Made by a program: the position numbers and the translations under genes
Notes under the pieces: generated by a model
The model's input: only the letters and a program-made list of their open reading frames with translations
What the model was told of the DNA's origin: nothing
The model's database searches: none
Shown here: one piece after another, positions 44,360-54,500 of the stretch
Position numbering within the stretch: the first letter of the stretch is position 1
How the letters are laid out: every line of letters starts with the position of its first letter
NCBI GenBank assembly: GCA_000002445.1
Contig: CP000071.1
Location: 1,920,001-1,984,000 of the forward strand
Length of the DNA: 64,000 nt
Direction of reading: 5' to 3'
Origin: Trypanosoma brucei
Lineage: Eukaryota

Positions 44360-44867
44360 TTTCCTACCTTTTTCGTCCGTCTTCTAATCTGCTTCACAAT
44401 TATGCGTGTATATAGACAAATGTAATTTGTTTTTTTTTCTCTTTGCAAACTTCCTTTGGTAACTACGTAGCCGCCACAATCTTTCTGTTTAAAATAGAGA
44501 GACGGCAGCACACAGTGACCGGTTCGTTACAAATACTTGTGACTGCCCAACTAAAACCAAAATTATAACAAACAATCGTCGTTGTAGCTCGGTCACTACT
44601 ATAGGTGGAGGACGGGGAAAAGAGCTGCATGTAATGACTGCCAAAGGGAGCGGCACAGACACAAGCGTATTAGTGGTAAGTGAGTGAAAAAGTGTATTTC
44701 ATTAGTATTTAGCTACAGAATCTTTGCACGACCGCCTACTGATTTCAACCGAATCAGCTACCCCAAACCCAACTCTCATACAGACGCACAGACATATACG
44801 TATACATGTGTATAGACAAGCAGCATATTTAAAAGCAGGCAAATGCGGATGTCAGCACCACAACGCC

Positions 44868-46418
44868 TCAATCAGATATCTCCTCTGCCATCCGCAGTCG
44901 CGAATGTGACTTTTGTAAGCGACTCATGAACTTCTTCTTAAAAACTATATCGTTGGGATGCAGTAGCAACGCATCCACAGCCTCCCTATTCTGCAGCAAG
45001 TAACGCATCTCCTCCACACCGCCCGCCCATTCGCCATGTACAAAGAATACCGGAAACACAGCGTGCTCCTCATGCCGGCGGAATACGGCCTTGCGTAGAA
45101 GCCTCTGCCATGAATGAAAATCGTCCAACGGTAATTTGAGAGGAGGTCGTGAACCATCCTTTGCACTGCATTCGCCCGTGTCGGTCACGGCATCACTGCG
45201 ATCTGCGCAAGAGCAAGAAGAGTGACCCTCATTACTAGAGTTATCACACCCTGCCGCCCTACCCTGTAGAACCGCAAGACCGCTCTCCACCTCACCATTT
45301 TGCACGGCAGTGCACATCATACTTGTGAGGTCGTCGACTGACAACACATAAGGCACGATTCGTCGATGAGCAAACGCCTTTAACCACTTTCTCTCTATGA
45401 AAGCACGCTGCCGCTCTACGTCCTCCTCGCACCGAAACTGTCCAGGGGGGCCACGCCCATATATATCGCACTCGGCTTCATTCCCATTGTTACTCCTACT
45501 GCCACCTCTTTCATAACTCCCCTGACTCAAGTTGTAATTCCTACCGTAAATCACGACCGCGAGGTGTGGCTTCAAAATGCATTCCCGGAACCAACGTTGC
45601 ACACACTCTACAGCCACGAGCTCACGCTCAGCCGCAACGAAGTCAACGTCAGGCACCGCTTCCGACGCCTGTGTAATCTGGAAACGAAGAAGCGTCTCAC
45701 TCTGTCGCTCATTAACCGAACGAACGAAGCGTGCAATCCGGTGCTGCAGCTCACCTCTCACCTCATTCTCTCCCCTTTCCTCAACCTTTCCACATAGCTC
45801 ATCACCCACACGGTACTGCCCAGAGGCTGCAGTACCCGAAGTGGTGAGAGATTTAATGTCCACGCACACACCGCACACTTTTTGAACACGGTTGAACCGC
45901 GACACGTCGAACCGACCGCTCCACGCGACCGATAGGCGGACGGCAGCGACGGGGACCTGCAATCCCTGCGCAACCACGCCACGGTACTGATCCCTAAGCC
46001 GGTAGTCGTAATGAGAAAATCCAACAAGAAGGTCCGGGTTGACACTACCATCACATGGGAGTGGTGGCAATGGCGAGTCGAAGACAGCTTTTATGCGCTG
46101 CAGACGCTGATCATACAAAATATCGAGTGGGGTACGACCAGTGGTAGGGTCTACCTCCTCGTAGCACCAACCTTCACCCGAAGGCGCAGCCGCGGTCGCG
46201 GACGCCACATCACCACTGCTGCTGGTGCCACTAACCCCACTATCTCTGATGTCCCCATCAGCACTCGTCACACCACCTTTGCCCACACCACTTCCATCGA
46301 AGGAAATCCCACATTGAGACAGTTTCAACGGTAGGGAAGACCGCAGCTTCGACATTCCATGTGTGAACCGTGATGTCGGTAGTGTGACGGTGCGCGCAAG
46401 GAATAGTCGCCACGACAT
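44868..46418 (-). CDS. Hypothetical protein of ~517 aa with a degenerate C-terminal glutaredoxin-like segment.
   Basis: The ORF extends to 46625 through a (GT)n tract that would encode (CV)n, which is implausible. The preferred start is the ATG at 46418 (MSWRLFLAR...), immediately 3' of the microsatellite. C-terminal 'VFPVFFVHGEWAGGVEEMRYLLQNREAVDALL' resembles the Grx 'FIGGxxIGGxDDLxxLxxxGxLxxLL' motif but lacks CxxC. Confidence 0.55.
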   Translation of the reverse strand: MSWRLFLARTVTLPTSRFTHGMSKLRSSLPLKLSQCGISFDGSGVGKGGVTSADGDIRDSGVSGTSSSGDVASATAAAPSGEGWCYEEVDPTTGRTPLDILYDQRLQRIKAVFDSPLPPLPCDGSVNPDLLVGFSHYDYRLRDQYRGVVAQGLQVPVAAVRLSVAWSGRFDVSRFNRVQKVCGVCVDIKSLTTSGTAASGQYRVGDELCGKVEERGENEVRGELQHRIARFVRSVNERQSETLLRFQITQASEAVPDVDFVAAERELVAVECVQRWFRECILKPHLAVVIYGRNYNLSQGSYERGGSRSNNGNEAECDIYGRGPPGQFRCEEDVERQRAFIERKWLKAFAHRRIVPYVLSVDDLTSMMCTAVQNGEVESGLAVLQGRAAGCDNSSNEGHSSCSCADRSDAVTDTGECSAKDGSRPPLKLPLDDFHSWQRLLRKAVFRRHEEHAVFPVFFVHGEWAGGVEEMRYLLQNREAVDALLLHPNDIVFKKKFMSRLQKSHSRLRMAEEISD

Positions 46419-46446
46419 CTGATTGTCCTTTTGCTTCCCTTTGTAG

Positions 46447-46447
<1 letters not shown>

Positions 46448-46526
<79 letters not shown>
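46448..46526. repeat. (CA)n/(TG)n microsatellite, ~39 units.
   Basis: Perfect dinucleotide run visible at 46448-46526. Confidence 0.95.
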
Positions 46527-46528
<2 letters not shown>

Positions 46529-47087
46529 GCAAACAAACAAGAGGAACGGACGCAGGAAGGGTAGCAAGCCTGTATACAAAGAAGGTCACAAATAAAATAA
46601 GACGAAAGCATCCGGACGAGCACATAAACGAGGAGGGAAGGTCGGTCTAGGTGAAAAGTAATGATGAATGATATTTGATGGCTCCACAGCCCTACAATTA
46701 TTCAATACTGATAACGGCACCAACAAAAAAAAAATTGACCGCCTCTGTTAGCCGTCATCATACATACACCGTGTGTAGCAGAACGATAGACATTCCGCGC
46801 TATCATGACAAATACATCTCCCTTGCTCGGACACACGCCACAACAAAGAAATAGTGAAGGAATCAAATCAGTGCACCGACCCACATATTTGCAAGAAGGG
46901 TAAAGAAACAACGATGGAATGCCGACACCACAACAAATATACCCAAAACCTGCGGACAAATGAGAACGTCACGCCCATGCACATTCAACAACACATACAC
47001 AACCTATATGTGCCGAAGTGCTACCGCCAGCTGGGGCGGTGCAACCAACGACACGATTAACAAAAAGAGAAACGGGAACCATCAAAT

Positions 47088-48389
47088 TTATTCCGTTTCC
47101 CCCAGTATCCACGGATCTTGCAAAAGCTCCTCAACCGTTGGCCGCTGAATCGGATCACGCACTAAGCAGCGGCGCATAAAGGCTAAGCAACCCGACGTTG
47201 CCTCGGTTACAGGAAGTTCTGTTGGTCCCTCTGGTGATTGGGCAATCATCATAATTGCCGCTGCCGCGTTGGCCTGGCTCGGCCACGGTGGTTTTCCCGT
47301 GTGCATCTCAGCTACTGTACAACCCACCGACCAAACATCCGCCTTGTAACTATACCCACCAGCCTCACCCGTCACGTCTACCACTTCTGGTGCCATCCAA
47401 TATGGTGTTCCTATCACCGTTCGACTCTGTGCCACCGCATCCGATAACCGACGGGCGGCACCAAAGTCCACCAGTTTAATTTGTGCCTCACGCTCTGGGT
47501 CACAGGAAGTGTCTACAAGTATGTTGTCGCCCTTAATGTCACGGTGAATGATGCGTTGGGAGTGCAAGTAGAGCAGCCCACAGAGAAGCTGTCGCGTCCA
47601 ACGGCGAATAACATTGGGAGGAAGTGGTTTAAACTTCTTCACGAGCGCAGAAAGAGAGCCACCACCAATATACTCCATGAACATGCAAATAGCGGAGTTT
47701 GTTGGATCGAAGTATACGCCCTTGAAGGTGCAGAGGTTCTTGTGACTAAGGCGTTGCATCATGTTAATCTCGCGCGATAGCGAAACGAGCTCCTTCACAC
47801 TAAACGTTCCAGTTTTATTACCAACTTCTACACACTTCACGGCGTAGAAAGCACCGCTATCAAGAAGTCCAAGAAACACCGAACCATACGTCCCCCGTCC
47901 GATCAGCAATCCCTTGCGCCACGTACCAAGCTCAGAAGAATTCGCGGTTTGAAGCATCTCAGGCGTAATGCCCTCAGGGTTGAGTGTTGTCAGAGCGGTG
48001 TATTTTGCCTCTTCCTCAGGTGATGCCCGCAGCGTGCCCTCATCCAAACTTTCTTGCGTACTAAATTCATGCTTAACAGTCGAAAGCGGCGTGGGCGATT
48101 GTATGGGAGGAAATCTAGTGGAGCTAGTTCCGAGAGGTTCCTGGGGATTGTGGCTGGTGTTCGGTGAAGGCTTGAGAGTCGAGCTCGCCCTGGCACTCCG
48201 CTGTGTGGCGTTTGCACCACTGGGTTTCGAAGCTTGTCCGACATTCGCGGTCAAATTTTTTTGCGGGCTTGACGTCCCCTTCTTCTTCGTCCCACATTTC
48301 GAGCAGAATTTTGCCGTTGATTTCGTGAAGGGAGCGCCACAGTGATCACACACGGGAGGTTTCCCTAACGTTGCAGGTGTGCAACTCAT
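47088..48389 (-). CDS. Serine/threonine protein kinase, STE (STE11/MAP3K-like) group, with an N-terminal zinc-ribbon-like Cys motif.
   Basis: Glycine loop 'IGRGTYGSVF', VAIK-like 'YAVKCV', 'HRDIKGDNILVD', 'DFGAAR' and 'GTPYWMAPEV'. N-terminal 'CDHCGAPFTKSTAKFCSKCG'. The track start at 48410 is TTG; the first ATG is at 48389 (MSCTPATLG...). Confidence 0.85.
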   Translation of the reverse strand: MSCTPATLGKPPVCDHCGAPFTKSTAKFCSKCGTKKKGTSSPQKNLTANVGQASKPSGANATQRSARASSTLKPSPNTSHNPQEPLGTSSTRFPPIQSPTPLSTVKHEFSTQESLDEGTLRASPEEEAKYTALTTLNPEGITPEMLQTANSSELGTWRKGLLIGRGTYGSVFLGLLDSGAFYAVKCVEVGNKTGTFSVKELVSLSREINMMQRLSHKNLCTFKGVYFDPTNSAICMFMEYIGGGSLSALVKKFKPLPPNVIRRWTRQLLCGLLYLHSQRIIHRDIKGDNILVDTSCDPEREAQIKLVDFGAARRLSDAVAQSRTVIGTPYWMAPEVVDVTGEAGGYSYKADVWSVGCTVAEMHTGKPPWPSQANAAAAIMMIAQSPEGPTELPVTEATSGCLAFMRRCLVRDPIQRPTVEELLQDPWILGETE

Positions 48390-48806
48390 TTCACCGCAGA
48401 AGAAAAGCAACCCACAGGGGCGAATAAGACGTGTAGTCAGGCACTGTTGACCCCTAGATGTTTTTCTTCTGTTTGACTGGTTCCCTTACCACACACTGTC
48501 TACAGAAGCGGTGGTAAACTTCGGAGACGGGTTTCCTTTTATTAATACGAGCACACGAACCAAAAAAAAATAAAAAAAGGAGGAAACACATCAGAAAACG
48601 AATGGAGCACTACCGGCAACAGGGAACCCACAAAATGGTCCATAATACACCAACGGAGACGGCTATCGGGGAAGCCACTTACGCTTATGAGCATCCCTGC
48701 AGTGAGGGTACAATAGGTGGAGGAAGTATAATGTTGTGAAACGATATGACCAAAACAACGACTTCAATAGCAAAGGGAAGACATAGGACATGAAAAGAAA
48801 AACGGG

Positions 48807-50099
48807 CTAAACGACCGATCCTTGTGGCACGTTGCCACCGGCACCCTTACGTTGCATATCCATTCCATCATCCTGGGGATTCCTGTTATACCACTGGACC
48901 GCGGCGTGGCGCTCCAAAATGAGTGCTGCACGCTGTCGCCGACATGTGGCATCTCCTCCCACCGATGTAGCATTGTCGCCATTAACGTTGTACTGGTCCA
49001 TGCAATGAGTCCGCTGCACAGCCTTGGCCCACTCCACTTCCTCAGACGTTGGAACGAAAGCCTCATGACACGCCGCAATCTGCGATGGCCGCAGCACCAC
49101 CCGTCCGTCAAACCCAAAAGCACGACACCGCTGCATATCATGACGGAAGCCAATAGAGTCGGAAACATCACTGAATCCACCGTCGAAGAGATACATCCCG
49201 TGCGCCTTGGCCGCAGTCATGACCTGACAAGCACTGTGAAGCGCTGGGAGCGAACGAACATGCTTCAGTTGGGTGGCCTCAACATCTTCGGAAAAGTTCA
49301 AGCTACCGGAGCGTTTTTCGCTATTAACGCTTGGGTACTGCATTTCATACGCGAGTTCTTCACGGTCGACTATGGCATACCGATAGTGCCCCTGTGCGCA
49401 AACCGCAGATGCCTGTAGCACGGACAAGGGTGTGTTGAATGCTGCCCATAGTTTGTGACTGGGGTGGATGAACTCCTGAACCAACTCATATGTGTTTGCC
49501 GTAACCGATGGCAGCACCACGCCCTCAATGAGGTCACCCAACACGCCAACAAGCTCCATGTCAAGGAATCCTCTTGCTGCATCAAACTCCGGAGAGTTGA
49601 CACGCACAACCCAGCGTGCTCGTCCTCCATTGAAAATTTGACCCACCGTCCCCTCCCCACTTTGTGTCTTCCACTCACCGTCGTCACTGCACCCTTCCAT
49701 GTGGTCTCCCCGCACACTTTCGCGAAGAAAACGCAGGAGACGATCCCGCGCTTCCGAAGCTCCACCGCTGCGGTCGCTTCCGCCAAAAACGCCACGTGTT
49801 AAGTCGAGCATTACGACATCAGCGACTACATCATACCGCTTCTGTCGTCGGAGCGCATCCTTAATATCACCTGCAGGGACAACAAGCACACTACGAGGGC
49901 ATGCATTGGGGTTAGTGTGAATGGGTAATTGGAGGTTTTCGGTGTTTTCGGCTCCACTGCCGCGGCTGCTTGTCTTCGCCGATGCCGTTTCCTGGTTGGA
50001 AACAGCAGCACACCACGCGCTATATCCGTCCTGCAAGCGTTTGAAACAGCCGAAGACGCCGGTGGCTGCAGGACAGCGAAGAGGGTAACATTTCCACAT
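48807..50099 (-). CDS. HpcH/HpaI aldolase / citrate lyase beta subunit-like protein.
   Basis: 'RSVLVVPAGDIKDALRRQKRYDVVADVVMLDLTRG' and 'FDGGFSDVSDSIGFRHDMQRCRAFGFDGRVVLRPSQIAACHEAF' match the CitE/malyl-CoA-lyase fold motifs as I remember them. ATG at 50097-50099. Confidence 0.7.
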   Translation of the reverse strand: MWKCYPLRCPAATGVFGCFKRLQDGYSAWCAAVSNQETASAKTSSRGSGAENTENLQLPIHTNPNACPRSVLVVPAGDIKDALRRQKRYDVVADVVMLDLTRGVFGGSDRSGGASEARDRLLRFLRESVRGDHMEGCSDDGEWKTQSGEGTVGQIFNGGRARWVVRVNSPEFDAARGFLDMELVGVLGDLIEGVVLPSVTANTYELVQEFIHPSHKLWAAFNTPLSVLQASAVCAQGHYRYAIVDREELAYEMQYPSVNSEKRSGSLNFSEDVEATQLKHVRSLPALHSACQVMTAAKAHGMYLFDGGFSDVSDSIGFRHDMQRCRAFGFDGRVVLRPSQIAACHEAFVPTSEEVEWAKAVQRTHCMDQYNVNGDNATSVGGDATCRRQRAALILERHAAVQWYNRNPQDDGMDMQRKGAGGNVPQGSVV

Positions 50100-51561
50100 T
50101 TGTCTCCTCTCCTCCCCTCAACAGCTTTAAGATCCCAATGCCGCTTTTCTTAAATAACTATACCCTCAATCCCTGTACACGAGGCTGTGCGACGGTGCCT
50201 ATAAGTTTGGGAGGTTTAAAATGTATTTACCACGCATCTTCGCAAGAAGGAGTAAAGGCAACAAAAAAAGACAAAAAAAGGAGAGAATGAAACAGGTCAC
50301 AGCAGGACCCTGTGTGAGACCCCGTAAATTTTTAAAAGGGGGCTCGCAATCAGATTGCAGCTGCTAAACCCAGGTAGTGGAAAGAGCACAGTAACTCGTC
50401 CGCCACAACTACCCCCGCACGCTGCGCTCTTCCCGGAAAACAAAAGCCTTTGTGAGGTGCCCTATACACCCCAAAGGTACAGCGAAGTAAATATGACCAA
50501 AAATAGCACACACACGCAAACATATACAAATACACATACACACACACACGCATACCTCCCGCCCTGACGGCGCGGCACCACATCCCGTTTCAGCCCTCTG
50601 GTCCACAGCCGCTTTCCACCGTGTTGGTTGGCGGCGGGCATAGGCACACTGCCCTCTGCTTTTCCTCACGACAACCAAGGGAATGGAAGGGGAAGGAAAG
50701 GAAAGGAAGGGTTAAGAAAGAAAGCAATGAACCTTTCCCCTGCAACAAGAAAAAAAAACAAATATGCTTGCATCATTGCTCTGTTTCTCGTGTTCTCGTC
50801 TATCTTCTGCGGGACACAAGATACTTCATCAATGTGTACAAGTCACAGGCAGTTTGTGGTTACTAGCAGTAACCGTCACACTAAAGTCATCCCCAGTAAA
50901 CGACGAAAACCAAAAAGGGACGAGACGCTTGCATACGGTAAGCTAAAAGGTTCAATTCGGGGGGCCCAGGTTTGTAGTACGAACGAGGTGACACATCTCC
51001 GGTAAAGGGGCCACTTGGTAAACCACCTCCAGTAGTCAACAAATGAAACGTACGCCCAACACGCGGCCAATGCAAAACGCGCACGTGAACTAAACCAAAG
51101 GTCCAGGAGAAAAAATGAAAGATACATACCTATATTAAAAAAACTAAGGAAATGTTGGCCTCGTCTCGACCCCTCCTAAAGACACTTTGCGAAGCGGTAC
51201 TCCGATATTGCACTTCATTAAAAAAAGGGGCCCCAAATAACAACAACAGCAACATTATGATCTACATCAGTTGGTTTATGTCGCCCCACAAGTGTACACA
51301 TACAGACTCGTGTGTTTATGTGTTAGCGCTTCGACTTCACTAGGCCCTGTCAATCACTTGCACTCTTTTCTCACCCCTTTACATTCCCAAGTGCTGATGG
51401 ACAATACCAAAGATGAAATGAGCCAATCAAAAGTAGGTAAACGTTGCCCCTTCCCCCCCCCCGCACAAGCGGCTGCGGGCCCAAGACCACCTCGCTTGCC
51501 AGACTCACCTTTCCCCTCACACAACCCGTTAAAACCAGTGCACTCCGTTTTATCACCATCG

Positions 51562-54500
51562 CTACACCATACCGGAAAGAAAACATGGAATCTCCCCAAA
51601 GCATATCGTCGGACCGCAGAAGCCGTCCAATATTTTGAGTGAACCCATTGACGCGGCCGTCGCCTCCGGTGATAATTGAGCACTGGGCTCACTATCTGTA
51701 TCGCTTGCCCCACCGAAGCCAAGGCCAAAGAGGCCCAACTGCTGCTGTTGCTGCCGGTATGCATCCTGGAGCGTCTGCCAGCGGTGTGCCCACTGCCAAA
51801 GCGTCCACGGTATGAAGAACTTGCACATTTCGCGGCATAGTGCCGGGCTCGCTTGAACAGGGACGCGCGCCGGGATCCCCATGTTTCCCCGAAACTGCTG
51901 CTGAAAGTCAATTAATTCCCGAGCCTCCTTCATCACATCCTTGATATGCGACCCCCGCATAAACTCATTTTCAGAATAACTATAAAGGAGCTCAGCCTTG
52001 ATATCCTCCGCATCGAATATCTGCTGCCGCACCGCATTGCGCACCTTCTTACGCATTGACTGCAGCTTCTGTATATGTAACAAAAAATCCTCCACGTCAC
52101 TGGAAGCACTCTCTTTGCGCTCCGGTGGAGATCCTCCAGAAACATTGTTGCCGTTACCCGCGCTCGCGCCGCTGCTGTTGGGCACCGTCAGGGACGTTAG
52201 TCGGACCAATGCGTTGATGGCCCCACTAAAAGGACCACTTGGTTGACCCCGTGGAGACGGACGGTTGATGGGCACCGGGGGAAAGGGTGCAGCCGTTGCC
52301 TCTGCCGTCTGAGGGGTTGCCGCTACTGTAGCGGCAACGGTAGCAACGGAGCTTCCTAAACTAGAGCCAACATCAGAGTCCTTCCAAAAATAGAAGAATA
52401 TCCCCATCGTGCTAGCGTAAACCAGCGGCGATACCCCAACCCCCACCGGTACCGTCAAGGGCTTCGTTATGTCTTTCATTGAAGGGCCATTGCGGAGCGG
52501 CCCACCGTATGCACTAAGAAGAATATGGGGCATGTGATTGTACGTTGCCACGTGGACGTCGCAGGCCTTATCAATACCCTGGAAACCGAAATCGATAGGC
52601 TTCACATCGCTGTTAACTGTTTTCCCTCTTCCAGGACAAGCCCCCGCAGCACCAGCAGCAGCCGGTACTATGAGGGATGGCAATGTAAGACCTGCCAGAG
52701 CTGCCACAACACATTCAACGGATTCCGTCCGGTTTGGCATTGCAACAACAGGGTCTGAGAACTGAAGAAGAAATATTCCATTTCCTCGCTCACAAGAGGA
52801 CATTGCAACATCAGGAAGCACCAAATCACCACCACAGTCGAGGCGTTTCGTTAGTATAGCACCCTGCGTGGAAGTTGTATCCGAGTTGTTGTTCAGGAGT
52901 GCCGCCCCATTAGACGGCGTGCCCTCTTGCCGGGATGTTCCCAATTGCGCTGCACCACGTAAATACGAACTCCACTCCTCCTGCACTTGTTGCTGCTGAA
53001 CTTGATGGGCTTCCCGGTGCGGCTGTGCGGGGGTTGGGGGAACGCCCTTCAATTCCAGCACAATCAGCGGAAAAGTTGGTAACGGTGGGTTATCATCGTG
53101 CAACGCCCCTGAACAAACGTGATTATCCAACTCCATAACGTGAAGCGACATCCGCAACTGCGGTTCATCCAGCGGAATTGATATAAGTCGTCTGTCTCGG
53201 CCCTTACCTCCAGTCAAATATGTTCGTTGCATAAACTCAAGGCAGTACGATGAAGCGTCGTTGGGCGGTCGCACAAGGCGGAGAACGCCCCACTGCCCAA
53301 CAGGGAGTGTATGTTTAGCCTTTGATGTCTGAGGAGGCAGCGACCGCTGCGCAGCAAACAGCTCCCGCATATCAAACCCGAAGGGTAAAAATGTTAACTC
53401 GCAGTAGACACCCTCGCACAGCAGCTTCTCCATACACGCCTCCTGCAGTTTGCCCTCATCACCATAGCATCCGGTAAGATTACGAACACTCTTAACCTCG
53501 TCACCACTGGACATCACCAGTGGAATGGGAGCAACAAGCATAGATGTGCCTTCGCCACTGCCAGAAGCGCTGTTGTTGGAAGTGGTATTGAAACTTCCTG
53601 AGGTGTGAAGAGTTTTGGTGAGTGAATTCCAACAATCCGGAGATTGCTCCAAAGATTTGTCAATGGCGCCTAGCAGTTTACTCACATTAACCACATGCTC
53701 CTTCACGCCCTTGTCGATACCTTCATACTGCTTAACCGCACGAGAATCTGCGGACGCCGGGGTTATAACGTTCTTCACGGTGTCTGCATCGAAACCAACG
53801 GACTCAAGGGCCCAGCGTATGGACTCCGGTCGGAGGAGAATTCCCTCCATCATCTCCAGCTCCAGTGCCACAGCGAGCATCAACTCCTGTCGCATCACCC
53901 GTGCCCACAGCCCTTCCCATATCTCATCACACCTCACAAAGCAAGTCGATTCCCTACGGAGGTGAGACATCTCCTTAGAAAGAAGCAGCTGCATGTTAAA
54001 AATAGATTCCATGCCGTCGTCAAAGTTACTATCAGCCATGGACTGGAGGCTGGTGCCGCTCAATGCCGAGCCGTCGGGTGGAGCGTGCAACTGCTCGTCC
54101 AAGCACTGTTCTAAATCCTCCTGTATCATTGTTCGCTGCCGTATGGCACGAATGCCTTCCAGCAGCAGCAGCTTCTCACCTGCACACTTGGTTACCTCCG
54201 CCGCCAAGTCTTTCAGCCGCTGCTTGATTTCCATAGCGTGCGCATCGCGAAGCACAGGCTGACTGTTCTCCTCGGCGAGTTGGGCATTACAGCACTTCAT
54301 TTTCTCCACAGTAAGCTTCATTTCTTCAATATCCTTCTTTCTGCGTTCGACAACGCTGTTGATGTACTCGGTTTGCTCACGCTTTATATCTTCCTTGACC
54401 CGCTGCAGATAATCATCATGAGCCTGATAGTGGTTCTGCAAGTGACGCTCCGTCAGTTTGGATATTATGTGGTCACGGATCCTAGTTCGCTTTTTCCTAC

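Noticed and set aside
51354-51911. 185-aa minus-strand ORF overlapping the 3' end of the kinesin gene in another frame.
   Set aside because: It overlaps a well-supported CDS. It is Arg/Ser/Gly-rich low-complexity sequence with no motif.
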